A stretch of DNA of 64,000 nucleotides from a virus. A model generated the notes under the pieces. The model did not search any database. It was not told the origin of the DNA and saw only the letters and a list, made by a program, of their open reading frames with translations. Below are positions 29,188 to 37,358 of the stretch, piece by piece (the stretch's first letter is position 1; every line of letters begins with the position of its first letter). A program made the translations under genes and the position numbers. The DNA is taken from the IMG/VR virus record IMGVR_UViG_3300033153_005382, positions 1-64,000 of that record; one strand, given 5' to 3'.

Positions 29188-29349
29188 CTATCGAGACCCA
29201 GACCCAGACCAAAACCGAGACTGAGACTGAGACCGAGACTGAGACCAAGACCGAGACTGAGACCAAGACCGAGACCAAGACCAAGACCGAGACCCAGACC
29301 CAGACCAAGACCGAGACCGAGACTGGGATCCTTCAAATAGGTATCTCAT
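29188..29349 (-). CDS. Ser-X repeat peptide, unit C (53 aa, MRYLFEGSQSRSRSWSGSG...)
   Basis: Manually translated; own SD. Confidence 0.65.
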   Translation of the reverse strand: MRYLFEGSQSRSRSWSGSGSRSWSWSRSWSQSRSWSQSRSQSQSRFWSGSGSR

Positions 29350-29358
29350 CCTTATCTC

Positions 29359-29610
29359 CTATCGAGACCGAGACCAAGACCGAGACCAAGACCGAGACCA
29401 AGACCGAGACCTAGACCGAGACCAAGACCAAGACCAAGACTGAGACCCAAACCAAGACCAAGACCAAGACCGAGACTGAGACCAAGACTGAGACCTAGAC
29501 CGAGACCGAGACCTAGACCGAGACCAAGACCGAGACTGACACCAAGACCGAGACCTAGACCAAAACCAAAACCGAGACTGAGACCAGGATCCTTCAAATA
29601 GGCATCTCAT
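29359..29610 (-). CDS. Ser-X repeat peptide, unit B (83 aa, MRCLFEG leader)
   Basis: Own SD; open hexamer tract. Confidence 0.65.
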   Translation of the reverse strand: MRCLFEGSWSQSRFWFWSRSRSWCQSRSWSRSRSRSRSRSQSWSQSRSWSWSWFGSQSWSWSWSRSRSRSWSRSWSRSWSRSR

Positions 29611-29655
29611 CCTAATCTCCTATCGAAACCGAAACCCAGACCGAGACCGAATACA

Positions 29656-29991
29656 TCACTTCTGCACTCTCGGCAGGTCATGGTCCCATAGGGTCGCATC
29701 AGTGATACACCCCCGAGAAATGATGACATCGTTAACAAATGGCTCGACTTCATTGAAGTCACCAGTCCGCAGAGCATCGGAAAACCTCCCCGTGTCTGCA
29801 ATCCAAGCGGTATCACTCAACACAATATCCGTATCCGTGATAGCTTTCACACGTCCGGTGTAATACATTGTCACCGTTCGGATTAGATAGCATTTCCCAA
29901 TCTCAAATGAATGGGACATCCCTTCTCGCAACAGCGACTCTCCTTGCAATTCCCGAACCAGCATAACTACATCTTTCAATTCGATTGACAT
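29656..29991 (-). CDS. small beta-barrel protein, Sm/SH3-like
   Basis: IGKCYLIRT..MYYTGRV..I....IVLSD.AW resembles the Sm1 motif; VII.RG.I resembles Sm2. Confidence 0.55.
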   Translation of the reverse strand: MSIELKDVVMLVRELQGESLLREGMSHSFEIGKCYLIRTVTMYYTGRVKAITDTDIVLSDTAWIADTGRFSDALRTGDFNEVEPFVNDVIISRGCITDATLWDHDLPRVQK

Positions 29992-30062
29992 TTTCTACTC
30001 TCCTGTTTGTGGTTTACTCGTTAAGAAACACTAACAGCTTGAAACGCACAACTTGCTAGAAA

Positions 30063-30554
30063 CTAACAATCCGTGTCTTGTCGCTCACTACCTTGATTCG
30101 ATACAAAATGATACTCGGCCCAGCTATCCTCAGTCTCCAGAATACGCACCTTAGTAACGTCGCACCCGTCGGTTACTACCTGTGCCCCTACTAACAATTC
30201 ATGTGCTTTCATGAACAACATCCGAGCCATATTCTCAGCGGTAGGCTTCAACGCACCGGTATTGAACAACTTGAACATCGTATCGATCGGCCCTGGTATC
30301 TCTCCAATCTTTATCAATTCTTCAATATCCGAATTCGTCAGCAAACACGCATGGTCCCAATGATCATCTATCCACTTGCCTACTGTCTCCGACAAAAGGA
30401 CGAAATCAAGAACCATGCCCGTATCCTCTAACGTTGATCTCGTCACAGTCACTTCGGCTACGTAACTGTGACCATGGACCTTTTCGCACTTGCCATTGTA
30501 ATCCGGCAACCGATGCGCTGCCTCAAACCGAAACCGCTTCGTTACTGTAAACAC
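30063..30554 (-). CDS. queD: 6-carboxy-5,6,7,8-tetrahydropterin synthase
   Basis: FEAAHRL, CEKVHGHSY, GMVLDF, DH, PTAENMA, ET. Confidence 0.95.
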   Translation of the reverse strand: MFTVTKRFRFEAAHRLPDYNGKCEKVHGHSYVAEVTVTRSTLEDTGMVLDFVLLSETVGKWIDDHWDHACLLTNSDIEELIKIGEIPGPIDTMFKLFNTGALKPTAENMARMLFMKAHELLVGAQVVTDGCDVTKVRILETEDSWAEYHFVSNQGSERQDTDC

Positions 30555-30578
30555 AGCTGTTCTCCTGTACCGAGTTGA

Positions 30579-31244
30579 CTACTCCTTCGTGCCTATCAGC
30601 TCGATTCTTGATGTAGTTCCTTCTTTCGTTACCTTAGCATATCCGTGCTTTTTCCAATACCCGACATGTCCCGAAATCCGACTCCTCGACAACCCCGTCA
30701 TCTCACACAACTCCTGAATTGTCTTCGGTCCGTCGGCTTTTACCATTGCTACGTTGATAGCAGCAGCCTCAGTTCCGAGACGATTCCCGAACTGATCCAC
30801 CTCCGCTGCTTTCTTGGCCTTCTTTGCTTTGGCCTTCTTCTTTGACTTCTTAGTCTTGCCCTCAGCTTCGTCCTCGACAACGGGAGTTTCCTCCTTCTCG
30901 GGTTCGTCCTTCTCTGGTTCGTCCTTCTCTGGTTCGTCCTTCTCTGGTTCGTCCTTCTCTGGTTCGTCTTCCAGAGGATCTTCAGGTACGGAAGTTTCCT
31001 CCTTGGACTTGACCAACTCGAACTGTCCTTTCGACTCTCGCAACGACTTCAACAACTTGTTCAATCGATCTCGTTCATCTTTGTCTTCAACAATGTCCTC
31101 GTCGATCTCCAAATCCTTGTAATCGTCCTCCGAAGCCAAAGTCTTGAACTTACGCTCCATCCGTGCCCGATTCCACTTGCCCGCCGACTTGTACCCAATC
31201 CCAATACAAATCGCTACTGCATCACTCTTCGTAATCGTCAACAT
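30579..31244 (-). CDS. C-terminal winged-HTH protein with an acidic/basic linker
   Basis: (EPEKD)x5 15-bp repeat; KTIQELCEMTGLSRSRI..H. Confidence 0.6.
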   Translation of the reverse strand: MLTITKSDAVAICIGIGYKSAGKWNRARMERKFKTLASEDDYKDLEIDEDIVEDKDERDRLNKLLKSLRESKGQFELVKSKEETSVPEDPLEDEPEKDEPEKDEPEKDEPEKDEPEKEETPVVEDEAEGKTKKSKKKAKAKKAKKAAEVDQFGNRLGTEAAAINVAMVKADGPKTIQELCEMTGLSRSRISGHVGYWKKHGYAKVTKEGTTSRIELIGTKE

Positions 31245-31322
31245 CTTCCACCTCTTTCGTTACTACTGATTCGTGACAAAATCTGGATGACTTACTCATC
31301 CCTTACAAACTATTATAACCCT

Positions 31323-32747
31323 TCAATCGGATCTGGCCTGATTTTTCTTGACATTTTCAAAACTTTTTATACATGGGTTGCCTATATCCAAACAACCTGC
31401 CGTGATGCACATCCAACGTTCTGAATACTTGCCGTCCCGTCGAACTACCCAATTCAATCCTGTCATACACTTCTTTTTGAACTCGTCTGATACGTTCAAC
31501 CCTACCATTCCCGTTACATGAGCCAACTTTGTCTTACGTCCACTGAAATGCTTCCTTCCCAACGTCCGTTGCTTGTTCGTGTAAGCAGCCGCATTGGACT
31601 GTGTTCCTGTTACTACTAATGCATGCAACTCCTGACTCATACGTCTCAACTCTTTCCACGTCTTGTCTGTCTGTTCCTTCTCGTCCAAGATGCCCCTCGG
31701 TGGTGCTAGAATATCAGCATAGTCAATCAACACAATGTCTGGCACCCACCCTTCCCGTTCCCATTCATCTATGATGGTCCTAATCCCGTACACACTCAGC
31801 GTATCGTTCGGATGACAGGACAGCCGAAACATATCCCTCTGCCAACACAACTTTCGAACACGATTGTACACTTCCTTAACGGTCAGCCTCTCCTTTGCTT
31901 CCTTCTCCTCCCACTTGACATCTACTCCTCCTTCCTCAGTCATATACAACTCTTTCGGTACAGTGAATTTCTTCGGTCTAATGGGACGCCTCGAGAATCT
32001 TTCGGCCATCCGAGACATAATCTGATCCCTCGACATGTCTCCTACTTCGAACATGGCAACCCGTTTCTTTGCTACTAACCCTCTGAACCCAACATCCATG
32101 ATCCAGAACGACTTGAACGACTTGTCAGGGCCCATGAACCCAACGAAACAATCCCGTCCTAACGTCTCTCCGAAAAACCTACCGACGATTCCAGGATAAT
32201 ACACTATCGGCTCTTGTCTAGCCACGTTCAACACTTCCCGCCACGTCTCGAAGTCCTCTGCCAGTTTGATGGTGGATCCTTGTCCCATCTCCACTTTGTT
32301 CAAGCCAATCATCCGTGTGTAGGCTTGCTCTACTTTTCCCCGATCCAAATCCATTTCAGCTTCTTCCCACTCCCGCCGCAACATCGTAGACGTGAAGAAC
32401 TCCTTTGCTCTGTCGATTATGTAATCAGACGATACTCCTTCGTTGACTAACATAGTATCGTTGACACCCTCCAACACTCGTCCTACCAGATTCGCCCTAT
32501 CCTCGGGCACTCCTTTCTGATCGGCCCAAGTATGAAACATGGCATTCATACGCTTCCCTGGAGCTTGTCCATACTTGTCTAGAAACTTCAGACACCAACG
32601 TGCTAGCAAGTTTGCTTCTTCACTCGGGAACAATCCTTCGGGTCTCCATTGGCTGGCTATCCGTGACAAAACAATGGTATCTGTAATCATCCCGCCAAGT
32701 ATCAACTTCGCGTCTGTCGTTGATTTCTTTCTCACTCCCATGGTCAT
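31323..32747 (-). CDS. DnaB/gp41-like replicative helicase
   Basis: GPDKSFKS, E..DM, IVLIDYADIL, L...SQE, TQ. Confidence 0.85.
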   Translation of the reverse strand: MTMGVRKKSTTDAKLILGGMITDTIVLSRIASQWRPEGLFPSEEANLLARWCLKFLDKYGQAPGKRMNAMFHTWADQKGVPEDRANLVGRVLEGVNDTMLVNEGVSSDYIIDRAKEFFTSTMLRREWEEAEMDLDRGKVEQAYTRMIGLNKVEMGQGSTIKLAEDFETWREVLNVARQEPIVYYPGIVGRFFGETLGRDCFVGFMGPDKSFKSFWIMDVGFRGLVAKKRVAMFEVGDMSRDQIMSRMAERFSRRPIRPKKFTVPKELYMTEEGGVDVKWEEKEAKERLTVKEVYNRVRKLCWQRDMFRLSCHPNDTLSVYGIRTIIDEWEREGWVPDIVLIDYADILAPPRGILDEKEQTDKTWKELRRMSQELHALVVTGTQSNAAAYTNKQRTLGRKHFSGRKTKLAHVTGMVGLNVSDEFKKKCMTGLNWVVRRDGKYSERWMCITAGCLDIGNPCIKSFENVKKNQARSD

Positions 32748-32760
32748 TTCGTCCTTTGCC

Positions 32761-33771
32761 TCAAAACACCTCCGTGGGACTGACTAGTCCTATTTCGTAT
32801 CCCAACGCTACTAACGCTGTATCCACGTCAGTCTGCGTGACTGGCTCACCGAAGGCCGACCAGCCCCTCTCCCCTAACCAATCTTCGACCTGTTCAGCCA
32901 TACTCTTATTTGTATTACTCCTCCCCTCATCTTCGTCTCGACCTTGCTTGGCTTGTCTGAACGCTTCCCAGTTCGTATACAAATCATCGGCCTTTCGTAC
33001 CCTCGGCACGTATGTCTTTCCGTAATTCTTACCTAACCACTTCAACACCTGACTGATCTCGGTGGCTGGTACGTTTCTGTCCTTCCGTAAGTTTGACAGC
33101 ACGATGGTCAGTCGATTCAATGACACTGGTCTCTTTCCATTCCTCGGTGCGACGATGTCTGCATCATGCTCGATCAGTATCGATCGTAACTCTGCTGCCC
33201 TTTGTCTGTCTCCCTCGGCGTTAGCTTTATCTAGTGGGGGAACCGAGGCGGCCGGAGGCCTGCCTCGCTTTCTTTTTCCTTTATTGTTATTATTTATATT
33301 GTTATTAATATGGAATACCGGATTTTCCGGAATTAGTTTACCGGGTTTTACGGAATTAGTATCCCCGGATTCTACGGAATTAGAATCTGGGGTTTTACGG
33401 AATTGGCCTTCGACATTTTCCTTCTCTTCAAGCAGTATATCTACTAGCTTTTTGTCGTTCAACTTGAAGTGTCTCTTCGGTGGCAATCCCTTTCTTTTCG
33501 ACTTGACGAGTTTCAACTTCGTCAGTTCTCTCAAAACCCTTGTCTGTCTTTCCTGTGTCAACTGTATCTCGTCTTCCATCTTTTTGATGGTACAGAAGAA
33601 CCAACCTTCTTCGTCTGAACCAACTGCCTTCCGATGGTTCAGCAGATACTGCATGACTACTCCGAGGTCGAGACCTATTGCCTCGATCAGCTTGAACGAT
33701 ACAGGAAACCATCTCCCTGTGAATGACAGATCGGTCAAATCGCGATCGTTGACGGTTCGGGTGGCACACAT
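32761..33771 (-). CDS. replication initiator-like protein (N-terminal wHTH)
   Basis: GWFF.T...ME.E..L....Q...L..L, KGLP.KRHF; Asn-rich linker; internal iterons; upstream of the helicase. Confidence 0.7.
   Translation of the reverse strand: MCATRTVNDRDLTDLSFTGRWFPVSFKLIEAIGLDLGVVMQYLLNHRKAVGSDEEGWFFCTIKKMEDEIQLTQERQTRVLRELTKLKLVKSKRKGLPPKRHFKLNDKKLVDILLEEKENVEGQFRKTPDSNSVESGDTNSVKPGKLIPENPVFHINNNINNNNKGKRKRGRPPAASVPPLDKANAEGDRQRAAELRSILIEHDADIVAPRNGKRPVSLNRLTIVLSNLRKDRNVPATEISQVLKWLGKNYGKTYVPRVRKADDLYTNWEAFRQAKQGRDEDEGRSNTNKSMAEQVEDWLGERGWSAFGEPVTQTDVDTALVALGYEIGLVSPTEVF
33270..33406. promoter_or_regulatory. putative replication origin: four 19-bp iterons plus an AT-rich tract
   Basis: ccggrttytmcggaattag-type repeats at 33318, 33341, 33365 and 33388; AT-rich 33270-33312. 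Confidence 0.7.
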
Positions 33772-33805
33772 ATCAGAGACTCCCTACTTTGTCGATAAGT
33801 CCATG

Positions 33806-33843
33806 AAAAACCCGGCCCCTTTTTTGGCACGGGGGCCGGGTTT
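33806..33843 (-). terminator. intrinsic terminator upstream of the initiator gene
   Basis: AAACCCGGCCCC / GGGGCCGGGTTT inverted repeat ending in a T5 run. Confidence 0.7.
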
Positions 33844-34054
33844 GTTAGCAAGAGCAGAAAGCAAAGAAAGCAGAGTGCTCTTGATCGTCGATTTACTGAA
33901 ACTTAATGTGAATGACACTTCCTGTCTCTACTTTTTTTCTTTCTGTTTCATCTTGCTAACGGAGCCTTCATCGTGTGCCGTCCGATTCGCGTCCAATGCA
34001 ATAAGCTCTTCTTCTCCTCCTCTCCGTCCTATTATAGCCCCACACCTCAATGGG

Positions 34055-34429
34055 TCAATAAGGCTTTTGCTTCTTCAACCTCATCCTTGCCCTTTGCAAG
34101 AGAAACCATTGCTTCTCCTCCTCTGCATTCAGAAACGACGGTGGTTCTTTGGGCAATGACTTGCCTTCTGGCAACGTTCCTTGTATGCTTTCGGTTTTCA
34201 TTTCCAACCATTTGATACAAGCACTTACGTTGCCTGATATGGCTGCTTGGTACATAGCTTCCTCTATGTTGTTCTTCTCGATATCGAGGACTTCTTTGGC
34301 CCACTCCGAGTCTTTCCTGAGCTCTAGACGAACTTCCCTTACGTCCATTCCTATGATCTCAGCAGCTTCTGTCCTTGTTGCTCCTCTTATGAGTTCTTCC
34401 GTGAACTGTTCACGTTCTTCTGGCGTCAT
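34055..34429 (-). CDS. HTH protein, terminase-small-subunit-like
   Basis: G.T...AA..IG HTH; E.AMY..A..GNV.A..KWL. Confidence 0.5.
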   Translation of the reverse strand: MTPEEREQFTEELIRGATRTEAAEIIGMDVREVRLELRKDSEWAKEVLDIEKNNIEEAMYQAAISGNVSACIKWLEMKTESIQGTLPEGKSLPKEPPSFLNAEEEKQWFLLQRARMRLKKQKPY

Positions 34430-35070
34430 CTTTCTTCCTTTCTATCCACGACTGCTCCCCAATAGATCATCCTACCACCCTTGGCTATGTAAAACTTGGT
34501 CCTAACGATCCTCAATTCCGCCTCTTCGCAGAACTTTTGAAACCAAGGCAACACGACTTTTCGCCAGTAGAAGTTCCTCAACTTTCTTCTCTCGACTAAT
34601 GACAATCCTTTTACTTTCTCTCCCTCGGGTGTTCGGTAGTTTCCGTACCTTGTCAACGGTCCTAGCTGCCCATCAGTAAAGAACATCACTAATGGATATT
34701 CCTTAGTGGCTCCCCTCCAGAATGCATGGAAACTATCGTACGGGTAGGCCTGCGCATCGAAATCAGCCACGGAGAAGCCTACACCTTGGTACTTGAAGAA
34801 CGGCCATATGTCACAGTCGCCTGTCTGTGCGACTGCGTCTGGTAGACGTTCACGGAACACGTCTGTTTTCTTTTCGTCGATGTCTGCTGCGAATACGTCT
34901 CGTTCCTTGTACAGTGCTACAGCCGGATCGCCCTCACCGCAGAACGGGACATACACTGCCCCTTCTCCTGCCTTGGACAAGAGCATCTTCCGAAGTCCTA
35001 TCTTTCGGTAAATCTCTGCACTTTGTTTCTTGCCCTTGTCAATCGATATTGTACTTTGTTTCAGTTTCAT
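34426..35070 (-). CDS. SAM-dependent methyltransferase-like protein (possible TcmP-type partner)
   Basis: VPFCGEG, ADID, GDC, DFDA..YP; coupled to the DUF5131 gene. Confidence 0.55.
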   Translation of the reverse strand: MKLKQSTISIDKGKKQSAEIYRKIGLRKMLLSKAGEGAVYVPFCGEGDPAVALYKERDVFAADIDEKKTDVFRERLPDAVAQTGDCDIWPFFKYQGVGFSVADFDAQAYPYDSFHAFWRGATKEYPLVMFFTDGQLGPLTRYGNYRTPEGEKVKGLSLVERRKLRNFYWRKVVLPWFQKFCEEAELRIVRTKFYIAKGGRMIYWGAVVDRKEER

Positions 35071-35819
35071 TTCACTGTCGGAAACGCCTGGTATCGTTTA
35101 CCATCTAGCTTGTCCCGCGTATTTGCTCGTCCATGGCCGGAGGCTTGCTTATAGAAAAACGCAACCTCTGCTTCCCTACATTGTGCCATGACATCTCGTG
35201 CCCATTGCGTGTCATCGGGTCTTCCGTCGCTTTCTCCTCCGTAAATCACCCAATCGATTCCGTCCAACACTCCATTGCTTAAATCCAATGGACCGATTGC
35301 AGGTTCGTAACTCACGAACCTACATACAGCGGGCATCTGTCTCAACACATCGATCCGTCCGATACACTCCTGGGACTCAACCGTAACGCCCAACCAGACA
35401 TTCCTCCATGGTCCGTATTTCGTATCGAACCACATGCCATCAGGCATCATCCTGCTCATGTTCTCCGGTCTCTTCGTTAGCAACTGGAATGTCAGAGCGT
35501 CACACTCCCAAATCAAATCCCACATATCTTGTCTCATGTCGTGCAACTCTGGTCGATCTTCGAATACGTCCATTAGCGACCCAATGAACACAAGCTGTGT
35601 CCTACCTTCCTTCTTCGCTTTTCGATTCCACTTCCTAACATTAGCCCATGTCGACTTGGTTCGCTGTCGTGTTTTGTCGTTGCCCCACAAGTCCAATCCC
35701 ATTCGGTTCTTGGTTAACGTAACTGCGTAGCAATGCTTACAGCCTGGAGAGATCCTAGTACATCCCATCCATGGATTGAACGTGTTGTCGGTCCAACTGA
35801 TACCTGTTCCTTCTCCCAT
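35067..35819 (-). CDS. DUF5131 (phage Gp37/Gp68, three-Cys radical-SAM-like) protein
   Basis: I.WTD.T.NPW.GCTRISPGCKHCYA, LLTKRP, NVWLGVTVE, S.EP, WVI.GGES, FFYKQ. Confidence 0.93.
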   Translation of the reverse strand: MGEGTGISWTDNTFNPWMGCTRISPGCKHCYAVTLTKNRMGLDLWGNDKTRQRTKSTWANVRKWNRKAKKEGRTQLVFIGSLMDVFEDRPELHDMRQDMWDLIWECDALTFQLLTKRPENMSRMMPDGMWFDTKYGPWRNVWLGVTVESQECIGRIDVLRQMPAVCRFVSYEPAIGPLDLSNGVLDGIDWVIYGGESDGRPDDTQWARDVMAQCREAEVAFFYKQASGHGRANTRDKLDGKRYQAFPTVK

Positions 35820-35849
35820 CCTTAATCCTCCTTTGTCCTGAGATCAACA

Positions 35850-36731
35850 CTACTGACTAAGATACCTAGCCCTCAACTCTGCAATCTCCTCCTGATCCGC
35901 TTCGGCGGGATCATCGCCTGTTTCCAAATCATACACTTCTGTAACTCCAGGAGCTACGAGCAGTCTAGAGAACAACTTGTCCGCTCTTCTCCTTGCTACT
36001 ACTGATCGATCGAAACAAACGATCCGCCTCGGATAGGCGGATATTTCCTTCACCTGTGTAGGGCTAATCTCAAGACCGCTTATCGCTACGGCTCCCGGAC
36101 CGGTTGCCCATACGTCCAACGGTCCTTCGTGGACAATAATCGTATGTCTTGCTAAATCCGCCCCATACAATATGTCTTTATGTGACAACACTTCCTGATT
36201 CTTAGCGGCCGACAGATACCTCGGTTGCTTGTCGCCGATTGCCCGTGTAGTCCAACTTACTGTTGTTCCATTGACAATTATCGGTATGAACAACCGCCAG
36301 CTATGAGTCTTGGCTTGTCCTATTCCTTGGACATCCCACCGTAACCTAATCTCCTGCGGATCAAATCTCCTATTTTTCAGATACCGCAGATGGGCTTTTT
36401 CCAGATGACCTACCCCTTTGGGAATTATAACCCGGGATGGCCTTTCGACCTTTTGCTCATAGGCTAGCCTACCCTTAGTTAGCTGAAACACGATGTTTTT
36501 GACCCCTGCCCAGTTATTATGGGTCAACCTCATCAAAGCCTCACCTAACTTATGCTTTCCACATCGCCAACACGTACAAAAACCATCCGCTTCGCGGATG
36601 CCTAGGTGCCACGCCGAAGAATAACACCATGGACATTGCACACCTACCCAACCGTATCGTACATGCCTATGCGATCCTCCCTCCTTGTACTCGATCCTAT
36701 GTTCGACAAGATATTCCGTCAATGCGCTCAT
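35850..36731 (-). CDS. DNA primase (Zn finger plus Toprim)
   Basis: CPWC..H..CWRC, YLKNR, R.FIP, RY, EGPLD, FD, DP. Confidence 0.85.
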   Translation of the reverse strand: MSALTEYLVEHRIEYKEGGSHRHVRYGWVGVQCPWCYSSAWHLGIREADGFCTCWRCGKHKLGEALMRLTHNNWAGVKNIVFQLTKGRLAYEQKVERPSRVIIPKGVGHLEKAHLRYLKNRRFDPQEIRLRWDVQGIGQAKTHSWRLFIPIIVNGTTVSWTTRAIGDKQPRYLSAAKNQEVLSHKDILYGADLARHTIIVHEGPLDVWATGPGAVAISGLEISPTQVKEISAYPRRIVCFDRSVVARRRADKLFSRLLVAPGVTEVYDLETGDDPAEADQEEIAELRARYLSQ

Positions 36732-36752
36732 CTAGCACCTATTGACTTAAAA

Positions 36753-36804
36753 CAGCCCTGCCGGGAGTCGAACCCGGAACGATCCTAGCCAGCTAAGCAC
36801 GGCT
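36753..36804 (-). ncRNA. truncated tRNA-like element (acceptor stem plus T-arm)
   Basis: CCGGG-TTCGACT-CCCGG T-arm; AGCCGTG/CAGGGCT acceptor-like stem; no anticodon arm. Confidence 0.5.
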
Positions 36805-37358
36805 CATACGAGCATTCATCGTGACTGGCGCCTTTGTATGTTTTTTTTCAGATCGCGTCTTGTGTCTCATCGGTCATTTTGTTCTAGCTGGCCTACCGAG
36901 AATCTCCAGCTACTACCTTCGCAATGCGTATACCAATTTCGCTACAGAGCTGCCTTGTGTATTCTAGCGGTGGACAGCTTTCTCATGGTGGTCATACACT
37001 GCCTCGCCTGACCTGGCTAGTAACAGTTGCTTCAACGTTGCCTGTCCTTGTAGGATCAGGACAACTCCACATTCCCCTAAGGGGACATTTCTGTTCTACA
37101 CCGCCTAATACACAAACCTCGATTGCGACGCCGTCGAGGGTGGCCGGATCGTCGAATTCGAGCCATGCTCGGTTACCTCGAATCGGTTTGCCGTTCGTTG
37201 TCATTTCGATGCTAGAACCGGCAAAATACAATCGCTGGCCGAATCCGCACCATTTACTGTCAAATCCAGCCTCTGCGAGTCACTCAACGAGTTCGTTTTG
37301 TAGTTCGATCGTTTCCATTGCTATTCTCCGTGAGTTAGAGTTTCAGTCGTCCAGTCAT

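Larger units (their letters stand above)
28717..29650. repeat. nested repeat array: hexamer tracts (agaccg/agacca/agactg) separated by a conserved ~40-bp junction
   Basis: Junction ggatccttcaaataggtatctcatcct(t/a)atctcctatcga occurs four times, plus one divergent copy. Confidence 0.95.

Noticed and set aside
28962-29597. Gly-Leu (GLGLGL) ORFs and plus-strand Arg-Pro ORFs over the repeats
   Set aside because: Alternative frames of the same hexamers. They rely on TTG starts without a well-placed SD, whereas the Ser-X frame has SD+ATG in each unit
28717-29650. CRISPR array (conserved ~40-bp junctions with variable intervals)
   Set aside because: The intervals are low-complexity hexamer tracts of very unequal length, the junction is stop+SD+ATG+leader, and no cas genes are present
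27785-29991. Classical RiPP cluster (Ser/Cys heterocyclisation)
   Set aside because: No YcaO, LanB/C/M, peptidase or transporter nearby; the embedded radical SAM enzyme is a typical QueE
30895-30970. 15-bp tandem repeat as a regulatory element
   Set aside because: An in-frame EPEKD linker expansion inside a CDS
33062-34159. 365-aa plus-strand ORF and other long plus-strand ORFs
   Set aside because: Antisense shadows of well-supported minus-strand genes; Ser/Phe/Leu-rich with no motifs
36753-36804. Functional tRNA gene
   Set aside because: Too short; lacks an anticodon arm and a proper D-arm; kept only as a tRNA-like element
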